Source: Octopus sinensis (lineage: Eukaryota). From it: a DNA stretch of 64,000 bases. A model generated the notes under the pieces. The model saw only the letters and a program-made list of their open reading frames with translations. It was not told where the DNA came from and did not search any database. Positions 37,361 through 48,791 of this stretch are shown here, piece by piece; position 1 is the stretch's first letter; each line of letters begins with the position of its first letter. Position numbers and translations under genes: made by a program. The stretch spans positions 112,716,001 through 112,780,000 of the forward strand of contig NC_042998.1 in assembly GCF_006345805.1 (NCBI RefSeq), read 5' to 3'.

Positions 37361-38444
37361 ATAAAGTATAATACAACCTGAAGGTATATCGGATCTAGTC
37401 TTTCTCATTCGCAAAATGAGTCTCCTTTAATTCTGCTCAGATTGCTTTCAATTTTGGTGTATCGATGCAACTCTGAATTTTGATTACGATCAACCAATTA
37501 CCTTATCTCGTAAATTAAAGAATCTGATGTTATTTAGAATTAAAGCTGGGAAATTTTGGTAATTTTAGCCAAACAGCAGACAGCGTGGCATTAGCAGTTT
37601 GTTACCATGACAACTGCATGCTATGTTGTTATTCGCTTCACTGTTGTCTGCGACTTCGTGGTTCACTTCACTGTTGTCTGTGACACACGTTGTTCTATAT
37701 TCATTTTACACACTTGATACTTCACACCGCGAGATTCTTTTCACCCGCGTGTTTTGTTTTAATTTTTCTGTGTCAGTATATTATATATTTTTCTGTGCTT
37801 CTGTGTTTTAGTATTTTTCTGTGCTTTTTCTGTGTTAGTATTTCTACATACTGTTCATTTCATATATGTTATTCTTATCGTAGTTTACAAATCCAAGCAT
37901 GAAAACGTTACTCAGCTTTGGAGTTTTGGAGACAGACGCCCCCTTCACACACACATACACACAATACACATGAATGCATAAATGTACATATAAACTTACA
38001 TATGAATACATACATCTACGTGCACTTATATATTAATGATGTACACAAATACATGACAGGTATACATAATACTGAACTACGCATGCAGACAAATATATTA
38101 ATATAACAAATTTTTTAAATAATAAAAACAAAGGATCAATGAAGAGACAAAAGAAACAGTAAGATGATACATGTTGATTTTATTAGGTATTTTTATTCAT
38201 TTAGAAACCTACAATGAACAGGTCATGTCACAGATGCTAAATTTTACAGGGTACAACCTTGAAGATGACACCGTTCCACTAAATGCAGAAAACTTCTGTT
38301 TCGCTATTGGCTAAAAATAGAGAGTTTGGCACTGTCATGCCTTTGGATGTCAGAAGTGAAAGAAGAAAAATCTTACGTCATTTTGACGTCACACTTTTTC
38401 TCGTCCATCTTCGTTTCTTTCCGTATAATTTATCAAATTAAAAA

Positions 38445-38685
38445 ACGCAAAATCAAAAACGCGTGTAAATATATCAAATTAATAAACGCAAATTATTTAG
38501 AATGTAAAAATCAAAAACGCGTGTAAATATATCAAATTAATAAACGCAAATTATTTAGAATGTAAAAATCAAAAACGCGTGTAAATATATCAAATTAACA
38601 AACGCAAATTATTTAGAATGTAAAAATCAAAAACGCGTGTAAATATATCAAATTAATAAACGCAAATTATTTAGAATGTAAAAAT
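38445..38685. repeat. 58-bp tandem repeat, 4 copies, inside the Merlin 3' region
   Basis: Unit AAAATCAAAAACGCGTGTAAATATATCAAATTAATAAACGCAAATTATTTAGAATGTA (58 bp). Confidence 0.92.
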
Positions 38686-38784
38686 ATTATTTTCAACGGA
38701 GAGATTATCAAAATATAAACTTGAAGTTAAGTTTAAAAATAAATGCGATACTCATTCTGTCTTGATACTTATACTCTCTATATC

Positions 38785-39690
38785 TCAAACACATGGATAT
38801 AGCTGTCGAATTTGCTCTATCAACTTTCCGAATATATCGTCCTTAAATTCATAGCGCCACATGAATTCGATGAGATGGGTCTGAAGTAAATTTCTGGCCG
38901 TTCCACATTCTCTTCTATTTCGATTCTTTACGTGTTTCCATAAACATTCTATGTGGTTGGTTGTGGCAAATGTTACCGGATCAACAAAATTTATTGAATG
39001 ATTCACGGTCAAATGTCTGTATCCTAGCTGACTGAGTGTATTATACGAACGCCAAAGGTCGGAAATTATGGTTGTACCAGGCAATATACGCTCTCGTATA
39101 ATTTGTAAAAGAGTGTCCGCTCTCCGATCTTCCACTGCCACTAAAATACATCTTCTGGTATCTCTTTCTAAAGCACCAAACACCCACTGCGTTTTAACCC
39201 GATGGCCAACATTATATTTTCTTCTAACAAACGCGCTTTCGTCTATCTCTACGATTCTGTTGGGTCCTCCCAGCTTAATATTCTGTGCAACATAATATTC
39301 TGCACATATATCGCGGCAAAAATTCCTCCAATCTGTCACGGCTACATTTGCTAAATGACATTCCTGTCTTATTCCTTTTGCTAAATCTTCTTTGGCCCAG
39401 TAATATAATATATCTATGATTTGTTGACACTTCAATTTGCTATTTTCTAAAAATGTTCCTTTTCTAATTGACACGGATTTTCTACAAGGTCTTCCACACG
39501 ACCATATTACTTCATCCGATATACTTTTTTTCGCTATTTCACTCATGCTACCTCCACACGATATACATATTTTCTGGGTATTCAAAAGGCCATGTCTCTT
39601 AAGTCAATTAATGCTATCTGCTGTTGTAGCCGTGGCCATGGTAATATCGCGGTGACTAATTCCTCTTAAACTTGGATATGCAAAAGCCAT
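38785..39690 (-). pseudogene. Merlin transposase (301 codons) with one premature stop at codon 29
   Basis: ATG at 39690 is in frame with the 266-aa ORF. TGA at 39606-39604 lies in SIN*LKRHGLL. Motifs VEIDES, WVFGALER, ISDLWRSY, VNHS..FV, NHIECLW. Confidence 0.92.
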
Positions 39691-40498
39691 ATTGAAAATT
39701 GTTTCGCACGTGTTGATATCACACTGAAAGATTTTCTAACTGAATAAATTTCAAAGTTTGAATTACACACGTGGTGGTCAGTGGTCATTCTGATTGGTGT
39801 ATGTAATCGCGGTGATGGTCATGGGGGTTCATTTGTGCAGATTTGGTGTGATTTCTTTTTTAAAAACAATAATGAATAATGCAAGAATATATTTATTTAT
39901 AAAGTTTAAACAGAATAAGTATCACATTTATTTTAAATAAACGAAAGTTTAAACATGACGTAAATACACGAAGTTGACGTCTGACGTCAGATTTTTCTAC
40001 TTTCACTTCTGACATCCAAAGGCATGACTGTGCCGAGAGTTTTTCCGATTTTTAAACTTCTGTAACTTTTACCTCCAATTTTTTTTCCCCCACAACATCA
40101 TACCTTCATAGCAATGAGATTGGAAGACTACATTATTATAGCCGATTTCCAGATATTTTACTTCCTTTTTAAAAAATGCATATTTTGTGAATGAAAAAAA
40201 CTAGATCCGATATGTCTTAGAATATCCTTAGATAAACAATATCGAACACGGAGCTGGAAAGGTAGAAACAACAAAAAGAGGGTCGTGACATGTTGTAGTA
40301 GTAGCAGTAGACTATTGTTGCTTAGCTCCAGATCACTGTTGATGCTGATCCAACAAACCTGACAAAAGATGTTTTAGCCGTAAGCATCCCGCTTTTCACT
40401 TCTTTCTTCTTTTTTCTTTTTTTTTCTGTTCATTTTTCAGCGATAGTATATCTAGAACTATGTTAATAAATCTGTGCTTACTTCTTTGTTAGACGGTA

Positions 40499-41766
40499 CG
40501 AGGGGCGTTCAATAAGTAATGCCCCTGACCCACTTTCAGTTGTTTGATCTAGCTGAAATTTTGCATGTGCACTTATTTATACCTCTATAGATTAAGTGGC
40601 GAATTACAGCTCTGAACTAATTGTGGTTTCTGATTTACAGGTGTTTGAACTGAGTCAAGTGTGAAATGGAGCCTGTTGAGTGTCGAGCAGTGATCTGGTT
40701 TTTGTATTTGAAAGGACGCACACCACGGGAGACTTTTGATGAAATGAAAGTAACTTATGGTGATGATGCCCCATCATATGACCTTGTAAAACGCTGGCAT
40801 TGTGAATTCAAACATAGTCGGAACTCTGTGGAAACAGCTCCCAGATCTGGTCGCCCCCTTCTGCCGTTGATGAGACGTCTGTCCGTCAAGTTGAGGCTGC
40901 CATTTTGGAAGGTCAACGCATAACTATTCGCCAAATAGCCCATAAGGTTAATATTAGTACCGGGTCTGTGGAAACTATCATTCATGACCATTTGCATATG
41001 CAAAAGGTGTCTGCCAGATGGATTTCCATGTTGCTCACACCTTTCCAGAAGCAAGAACGCGTTGAGTGCTCGAGGATGAATTTGGAGATGTGCCAAGAAA
41101 ATGAGTCAAAATTTTTCAAAAGACTGATCACACAGGATAAAACCTGGGTCCATCACTATGATCCATAGACCAAAGCCCAGTCAATGCAGTGAAAGCACCG
41201 TGACTCATCTCCTCCAAAGAAGGCAAGGGTGCAGCCCTCCGCTGACAAGGTTATGCTCACAGTCTTCTGGCACCAGGACGGAGTAGTGATTACAGATTTC
41301 CTGGCAAAGGGTACCACAATTACAGGAGCCTATTATGCTTCACTTTTGAGGAAATTAAGAGAAGCTATCAAAATCAAAGAGGGGCAAGATCAGCAAAGGC
41401 ATCCTCCTCCTGCAGGACAACGCTCCGGTCCACAACTCGCGTGTCGCCAGATCAGAAGCACAGGCGTGCAGCTATGAACTCCTCCCCTTGCACCCTCTGA
41501 TTTTCACCTCTTCCCAGCCATGAAGTTGATTTTGAAAGGAAAGCGTTTCCCAGATGATGCAGCCTTGATTTCTGAAGTCACGTCGTGGTTGGAGGACCAA
41601 GCTGGGGTCTTCTACAAAAACGGTCTCCAGAGCTGTATCAAACGATGGGAGAAATGCATAACTCTGGGTAGTTCCTATGTAGGAAAAGACTAATAACTGT
41701 GCCAAGTGTCGTTGCTCTACTGCTGTGGGAAGTGGGTCAGGGGCATTACTTATTGAACGCCCCTCG
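40499..41766 (+). mobile_element. Full-length mariner (irritans-like), transposase pseudogene
   Basis: Perfect terminal TIR CGAGGGGCGTTCAATAAGTAATGCCCCTGACCCACTT with TA TSD, 1268 bp. Motifs KVSARW, ITQDKTW, LQDNAP, APSDFHLFP. Several stops and frameshifts. Confidence 0.97.
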
Positions 41767-42789
41767 TAAGACGTAAGAGGTAGATTTATTTAGTCGATAT
41801 CTGTTGTTGCAGGTTGACTGACCTTGTTAAGATACTCTCACTACCTGACTGTTGTTGTAGTAGCTGTTGTCGTTGCTTCTTAACTGCTGTTCAACTCCAA
41901 TAGCTCAAACCTACAATCAAATTTGTTCCAACCATTATCATCCCGCTCTTCCTTTTTTTTTCATGCATAGTGTATCTAGAACTACATTAACTAAAGTGTC
42001 CTTCTATTGTTTATGATTGGAGGGTGATTTGGTTCTTATCTCTAGTCCATGTTCGTTGACTCAGAGGCTCTCTCTTTGACCGATAACAAATGATTTAACC
42101 AAGTAACTATTTCTTTCTTCGTTTTATCGCCCACCTCATTGGATAAAGCAACGAATGATTGCGGTGTAATTCGATGAATTCGATCATACAAACTATATAT
42201 ATCAACAGATCGTCATTGTCCACACTGCCAGTGTAATTCGACGCTAATTCTTCCTCAAAAGTGGGCTAACCCTATCACCTTAATTGAATTATCCTTCAAT
42301 GACAGCTACCGTTGCTTGACATTTCTAACAACATGGCGGAAACTAAATTTACTGACCGTCAAAAGCTCAGATTTCAGTTCCATTCTCCCAAAACAATATT
42401 TACACAGAATTACCTTCCTGTCGAAAATCTCTCTATAGAGTCTTGTTGTAATCAGAAACTATACGATGAATCAAATATCAGCAACAACAACGGCAGCAAC
42501 AACAATAAATCATGATCTTCATTATTATCATCATAATCATTCCTGTCATCATTATCGTCATTGTTATTGTTTTTGTTATAAACATCATTATCAATATTGT
42601 TATTACTTACTATCTGATAATACATTTCTGTTGCTTTGAGAAGGTAATTAATGTTAGTTGATTGAGTTAGATATTGTGTGGTCAAGTCAAAGATCTTGTA
42701 ATATATCTACAAACTTATTGTATCTATCTAATGTCTATTTCCTTCACGGCTGGTAGTATTATGGTAGTAGTTTTATAGATTCAAATAAA

Positions 42790-42872
42790 CAGAATCCCAA
42801 AAGAGGAAAAGATTCATTGGATTTCTAAATGTAGATGCGCATATTTTGTATATGCTAGTAAACACCACATAA

Positions 42873-42915
<43 letters not shown>

Positions 42916-43060
42916 ATACATGCGCCCTTTTAAAGCCTAGCCAGAATCCCAAAAGAGGAAAAGATTCATTGGATTTCTAAATGTAGATGCGCATGTTTTG
43001 TATATGCTAGTAAACACCACATAATAAATAAATAAATAAATAAATAAATGCGTCCTTTTA
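42790..43060. repeat. Tandem duplication of about 150 bp including a SINE tail
   Basis: CAGAATCCCAAAAGAGG...AGTAAACACCACATA(ATAA)n...TTTTAAAGCCTA occurs twice head to tail. Confidence 0.9.
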
Positions 43061-43296
43061 AAGCCTAACCAGGCTCATGGGCCCGGTTTCCCGGTTTCTA
43101 TGGCCTATGTGTTCCCCAGCTGGACGGGACGCCAGTCCATCGCAGCGTTACTCATTTTTGCCAGCTGAGTGGACTGGAGCAACGTGAAATGAAGTGTTTT
43201 GCTCAAGAACACAACGCGTCGCCCGGACCAGGAATCGAAACCACAATCTTACGATCATGATGCTGACATCCTAACCACTAAGCCCTGCGCCTCCAC
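43030..43296 (-). mobile_element. Family 3 SINE, full length, 15-bp TSD
   Basis: TSD AGTAAACACCACATA at 43009-43023 and 43297-43311, with a (TTTA)n tail on the sense strand. Confidence 0.92.
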
Positions 43297-44556
43297 AGTA
43301 AACACCACATACCCACGAAAATTCGTAATTTCTTCTTTTTTTATTTTATGATAATTCTATTTACTATTTCTCAAGTATCAAATTTAATTGTTTCTAACAT
43401 AAGGACAATACTACATATTTGATGCTAGGTGTCACAGACGTGCCGCCAAGATAGACAGTGCCTATCTTGAATAAAATAGATCGATAGCAACATTTTCCTT
43501 TTATGGCAAAATATGCACTTAATTCAATAATACTATGAAGGTTAGTCTGATTACTATGCACAAAATATAATTTTTTTTTTTTTTTTGTAGATTAGGTAGG
43601 CATAATTCGCCCCTGCCTTTCAATCACAGTATTTAAGTTACGCATAGTAATGCTGTAGTACACGCGCTGCGTACACTCCTACAACTTTTCCTTTACGGGC
43701 TATAAAGTTAGAGGTAAATCTGTCTTCAACTCAGTCGCACGTCTGTATTTCGCTTATTTTTTGTGTGTTTTACTACATGGTCACCAACTACCCACCCTGA
43801 GTAATTACTGACGGCTCGTGCTTGCTAGGTGTTATTCGAATAACATCAAATAAAATGTCCTCCTAATGATTGTGATTGGAGGCAGATATGGTTGGTATTT
43901 CTTACAGGTTAAGTGCTCGCTAAACGGTTTCCTCGTTCATTCCTCAGTCCTTCTACTAGTAAATTTGTGACATGAGTTCGTTGTAACAGCTAACGGCTAT
44001 ATACAGTTGGTGTGCTGTTTGAATTACCAGTATTTAGCCAATTTACAAGATTTACATTGAATCAAGCCGTATGTGTATCAGTTTGGAAATGAATTGAATT
44101 GTTTTAGCCAAAAAGGAGAAGCCTAGTTTTGAGATGTAATTTTGGCAATGTTAAGCGTATAAGATCACTACAAGTAATCACCAGATAGTGGAATTTTAGT
44201 TGCATGTCATAGATGTCTAGAGACGGTTTAATTATAGATGGGTTTGCCTGAAAAGTGGTTTATATCTTGTATTTTTGTGGTGTTGAAGGAACAGTGTTGT
44301 CATGACCTCGATGATGAATTCTCCCAAAGCCTCTGTGCCTAACATTGTGTGTACGTGTGTTGTGTGCGTGCGTGTTGTGTGCATGTATGAGTACACGTGC
44401 GTTGAGCATGAAAAAATAATCAAACTTGTGAATGTGTGTATGTGTATACGTACGTACATACACACGTACATACATGTGTGTGTGTATGTATGTATACATA
44501 CATATACACACACACATATATGTACATACATAAATACATATATACTTATATATATA

Positions 44557-44690
44557 CTGTTGCGTCTGGGGAGAGTCATTTTCTTTTGGTGCCTTATAAT
44601 CTAACACACACACCGGTAAAATGTTCACTTTTTTTTTTCCTAAAATTTTCGTTGCGTCTTGCAACCTTTTCAATAGTCATACACACACAC
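44557..44690 (+). repeat. Second copy of the 5990-6290 repeat, followed by (TA)n at 44690-44860
   Basis: CTGTTGCGTCTGGGGAGAGTCATTTTCTTTTGGTGCCTTATAA...GCGTCTTGCAACCTTTTCAATAGTC. Confidence 0.75.
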
Positions 44691-44693
44691 ACA

Positions 44694-44735
<42 letters not shown>

Positions 44736-44737
44736 TG

Positions 44738-44837
<100 letters not shown>

Positions 44838-45091
44838 TATACATATACATATATATATATATGTATACACACACAAAAGTTATTTTATATAGACAGAGAT
44901 AAGTAGGTGGGTCAGTGGATTGGTAGGGAGTAGGTAGATAACTAGGTAGGTAAGTAGGTAGGTAGGTAGGTAGGTAGGTAGGTAGGTGTAATATCTACCT
45001 ACCTACTTACTAAAGAGTTACAAAATGCGTTTCGTTCTTTTTTCTTTTAGTCTGCAGGGAAAACAATACTCATGACTCGTTACAGACTTGT

Positions 45092-45452
45092 GGGAGGTGG
45101 GTAGGAGGGTATCCTCAAGCTGGGAATTTTGAGCGAACGCTTGCAACAGAGTGGACTCCGCTAAGGCACCCAAAGTACCAGCCGATGTTAAAACGGGTGA
45201 CAATCTTTGTCTGTGGATTGTTATCGTAGTTCCTCAGGCGGCGAGCTGTCAGAATCGTTAGCACGCAGGACAAAATGCTTAGCAGCATTTCGTCCGTCTT
45301 TATGTTCTGAGTTCAAATTCACCCGAGGTCGACTTTGCCTTTCATTCATTCAGAGTCGATAAAATAAGTACCATTTGAACACTGAGATCGATGTAATCGA
45401 ATTATTCCCTCCCTCGAACTTATTGGCCTTGTATCAAAATTTGAAACCAATA
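45092..45452 (+). mobile_element. Composite X plus family 2 SINE (copy 2)
   Basis: See 37014-37360. Confidence 0.8.
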
Positions 45453-47559
45453 TAAGAAATAAAACTTGCGGTTATGTGACGTTCTTGTCTTTGTGGCATG
45501 AATGATCTAAGTGAAGTGAAATGATTCTAATTGGGCAATCCAACTCTTGTTATGCTTACATTTATATCACCATATCCCACAACTACAAAGGATCCTAATT
45601 CAGCAAGGAAGCCTATATGCAGTAACTCGATTTGCTAGAGATAATGACCAAATGTCCTCAACCTATTTTTATAAAAGCCAGACATTGACTAATGTACACA
45701 GAAGTATACTATGCCTGATTGATAAAAAGATACGATATAGTCATCGTTGAAACACTTTTGACCGTTGGTTTGTTCAATGAAGGTGGTGGTGGTGGTGGTG
45801 GTCTTACATTTGCAGTAGTCGTTCACTTTCTCATTTTCATATGGATTCCATCTTGAAATTATTTGTTATTTCCTAAAATTTCAACTTCGTTTCATTTGAG
45901 TTGTGTAAGCTTAGAGATCACGTCTTTATAATTTATTAGGAAAGGTCAGAGTATTTGTTTTTTGTTGGGTTCTTTTTTTTTTTTTTTTTGTAGCATCACC
46001 AATACTGATGAGGTCAGGGAGAATGAACTGTGACTCAATAGTGGTTACAGTATGTAAAAGTACATTAAGATCTTCCTTCAGACGGAGACGTCAGAATATT
46101 TTCAACAGAACAGTTTAGTGTATCTGAATAATAAATCGCAATGGATTATATCTGCCTCAAGCAAAATGTCGAAGTCCATCCAACGGGCTTCCAAACAATG
46201 TCCACCTATCAAACTCATACACAAGAACTGGGCCAATACAAGTCAATGCATGAAAACACTTTCCCATGGTTCAAAGTGATAGGATCGAACACAAACCCAT
46301 GTGATTAAAACTTAATTCCTAACTACTCGGCCATACGACGAGTGGTTTTATTCAGATATGCAGTGTTAAGTTATTACATTTTACACTCTAAATAGTTTAT
46401 TCAATGTCTACCCTGTATAAAATGGCTGTATATACTAACTTTTACTATTCTGTACTTCTTTCATCACCACTATTTTGTGTTTTATAGAATCAGTGGAAAA
46501 GAGAAGAATGAACAAAAGAGGCTTGGCTTTTTTATATTGTATTGCAACTTAGCATGTTGCATATTGCAACAATACTCATTCACAGTCTTCTCTCTCTCTC
46601 TTTCTTTCTCTCTTTCTATGTCTATCTGTTTATCTATCTAGTTATCTATCTTTTCTACAACAGTAAAATTGGAATTTCTTGCTTCCGTCAATTATAATGT
46701 TACTTCCTAGTTAATAGCATGACTTCCGGCGAAGCCAATCAGCCGTTCTAATCAAACAAATGTGATTTGTACAAAAACGGTCAACAAAAATGAAACACTT
46801 CCATATGTACGTAATCGGTGAATATTTTATATCACTCAAGCTAGTGAAACCGTTACCATTAAAATCTCGGCAATATTAATAGATAAATACTTTACAGCCT
46901 TCTGATGCATTTTGTTTTCTGAATCCCCAGGTTACATAGTTTCCCTCAATGCACTCATCATTCAGAAAGCTTTATGAAATTTAAGAGGTGTTTATCGCGT
47001 TACAGCTGTTTCTTTCTATCTCCGACAATCAAACATATTGATTTTGAAATACATATAATTCCAATTGTGCTTCCTTACTTTAATAAGTAATAAAAGTTTC
47101 ATTTAGCTGATGCCATCAAAACTATAAATACTAAAATGTTTCGATAATACATTTGCTCTGTTAGACATCGAATAAAGCAATGTAGATATGTATTCAGCTG
47201 TGACATGGTCGAAATTTATAGATTAAAGAATACGATCGACTGCTTCTCAGTTTGAGTTTTCATGTGCATAAGTTGATTCATATATATTACACAGCGTCAA
47301 CTACCGCTGCTTTTAAATAGGAAGAACGATTCAACATGGAGAACTAGTTTCCTTATTCTAAAGGGAGATCTGTGCTGAACATTTAAGTATTTCTGATGTA
47401 TGAATTTTCGTAGGTGTACAATAGTGTGGGAGATGCTTTTTTATATTACTGCATGACTACACTTACAGTTATGATTTCAGACACTCTTTAGTTTTTGTTA
47501 ACCCTCAAACACCTTTGCTAAGACTATATTGATGAGATTAATGGGAAAATTACGTCAGA

Positions 47560-48460
47560 CAAAGTGCTTAGCAGCATTTTTTCCAGCTCTTTACGTTCTG
47601 TACTCAAATTCCACAATAATCAACTTAACCTTTCGTCTTTTAGGGTTCGATAAAATACGTACCAGTTGGGCACTGAAACCGATGTAACTGACTTAGCTCA
47701 CCACACCTAAAATCGCTAGCCTTGTGCCGAAATTCGAAATAAATTATAATTATTTATAAGGCGGCGAGCTGACAGAATCATTAGCTACGTTCTGAGTTCA
47801 AATTCCGCCGAGGTCGACTTTGCTTTTCGTCCTTTCGGGTTGGATAAAATAAGTACCAGTTGAGCACTGATGCCAATGCAGTTGACTTACCGTCTCACAC
47901 ACACACACATACACGCGCGTGCACGCATACGCACACACATACACACACACATACACACAGATCTAAAATTGCCGGCCTTGTCAAAATTTGGAATATTATT
48001 TTTATTTGTAGAGGCGCGTGGCTTAGTGGTTAGAGTGTTGGACTCCTGATCGTAAGATTGTGGTTTCGATTCCTGGACTTAGCTGGCAAAAATGAGTAAT
48101 CCCGTGATGGATCGGCGTCCCGTCCAGGTGGAGGAATTTATACGCCACTGAAACCGGGAAACCGGCCTTTATGAGCTTGGCATGGCTCGAGAAGGAAACC
48201 TTTCTTTATTTTCTTCGTTATTATTATTTATGATCATAAATCATCGAGCTGGCTGAATCGTTAGACCCTCAGACAAAATGCTTAGCGGCATTTCTTGCGG
48301 GTGTTTATGATCTAAATTCAAATCCCACTCAGACGAGCTTTGACTTTCACTCGTTCTGGATCGATAAAATAAAGTACCACTCAAATACTAGCGTTGCTGT
48401 AATCGACTGCCCCCCCCCCACCACCATCACCACTGCTTCATCAAATTATAGGCCTTGTGT
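47560..48460 (+). mobile_element. SINE cluster (three family 2, one family 3)
   Basis: Heads and cores at about 47560, 47758, 48010 and 48245. Confidence 0.8.
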
Positions 48461-48464
48461 TTGT

Positions 48465-48731
48465 ATTCTTTTAGTCTTTTACTTGCTTCAGTCATTTGAC
48501 TGCGGCCTTGCTGGAGCACCACCTTTAGTCGAACAAATCGACCCCATGACTTATTCTTTGTAAGCCTAGTATTTATTTTATTGTTTTTTTGCTGAACCGC
48601 TAGGTTACGGGGACGTAAACACACCAGCATCGGTTGTCAAGCGATGTTAGGGAGACAAACATAGACACACAAACACGCGCACACACGCACAAACATACAC
48701 ACGCACACACACACGCACACACGCACGCACG

Positions 48732-48791
<60 letters not shown>

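Larger units (their letters stand above)
38328..40034 (-). mobile_element. Merlin (IS1016/IS1595-like) DNA transposon, full length
   Basis: Roughly 50-bp TIRs GGCAC(T/A)GTCATGCCTTTGGATGTCAGAAGTGAAAG, and a perfect 8-bp TSD GAGAGTTT at 38320-38327 and 40035-40042. Confidence 0.95.

Noticed and set aside
38445-38685. Regular repeat array considered as CRISPR-like
   Set aside because: The units are directly tandem with no unique spacers, lie inside a Merlin element, and there are no cas genes in this eukaryotic context.
42312-42515. ORF with a strong-looking start context (AACATGGCGG)
   Set aside because: No recognisable homology, it ends in an AAC microsatellite, and there is no supporting exon structure.
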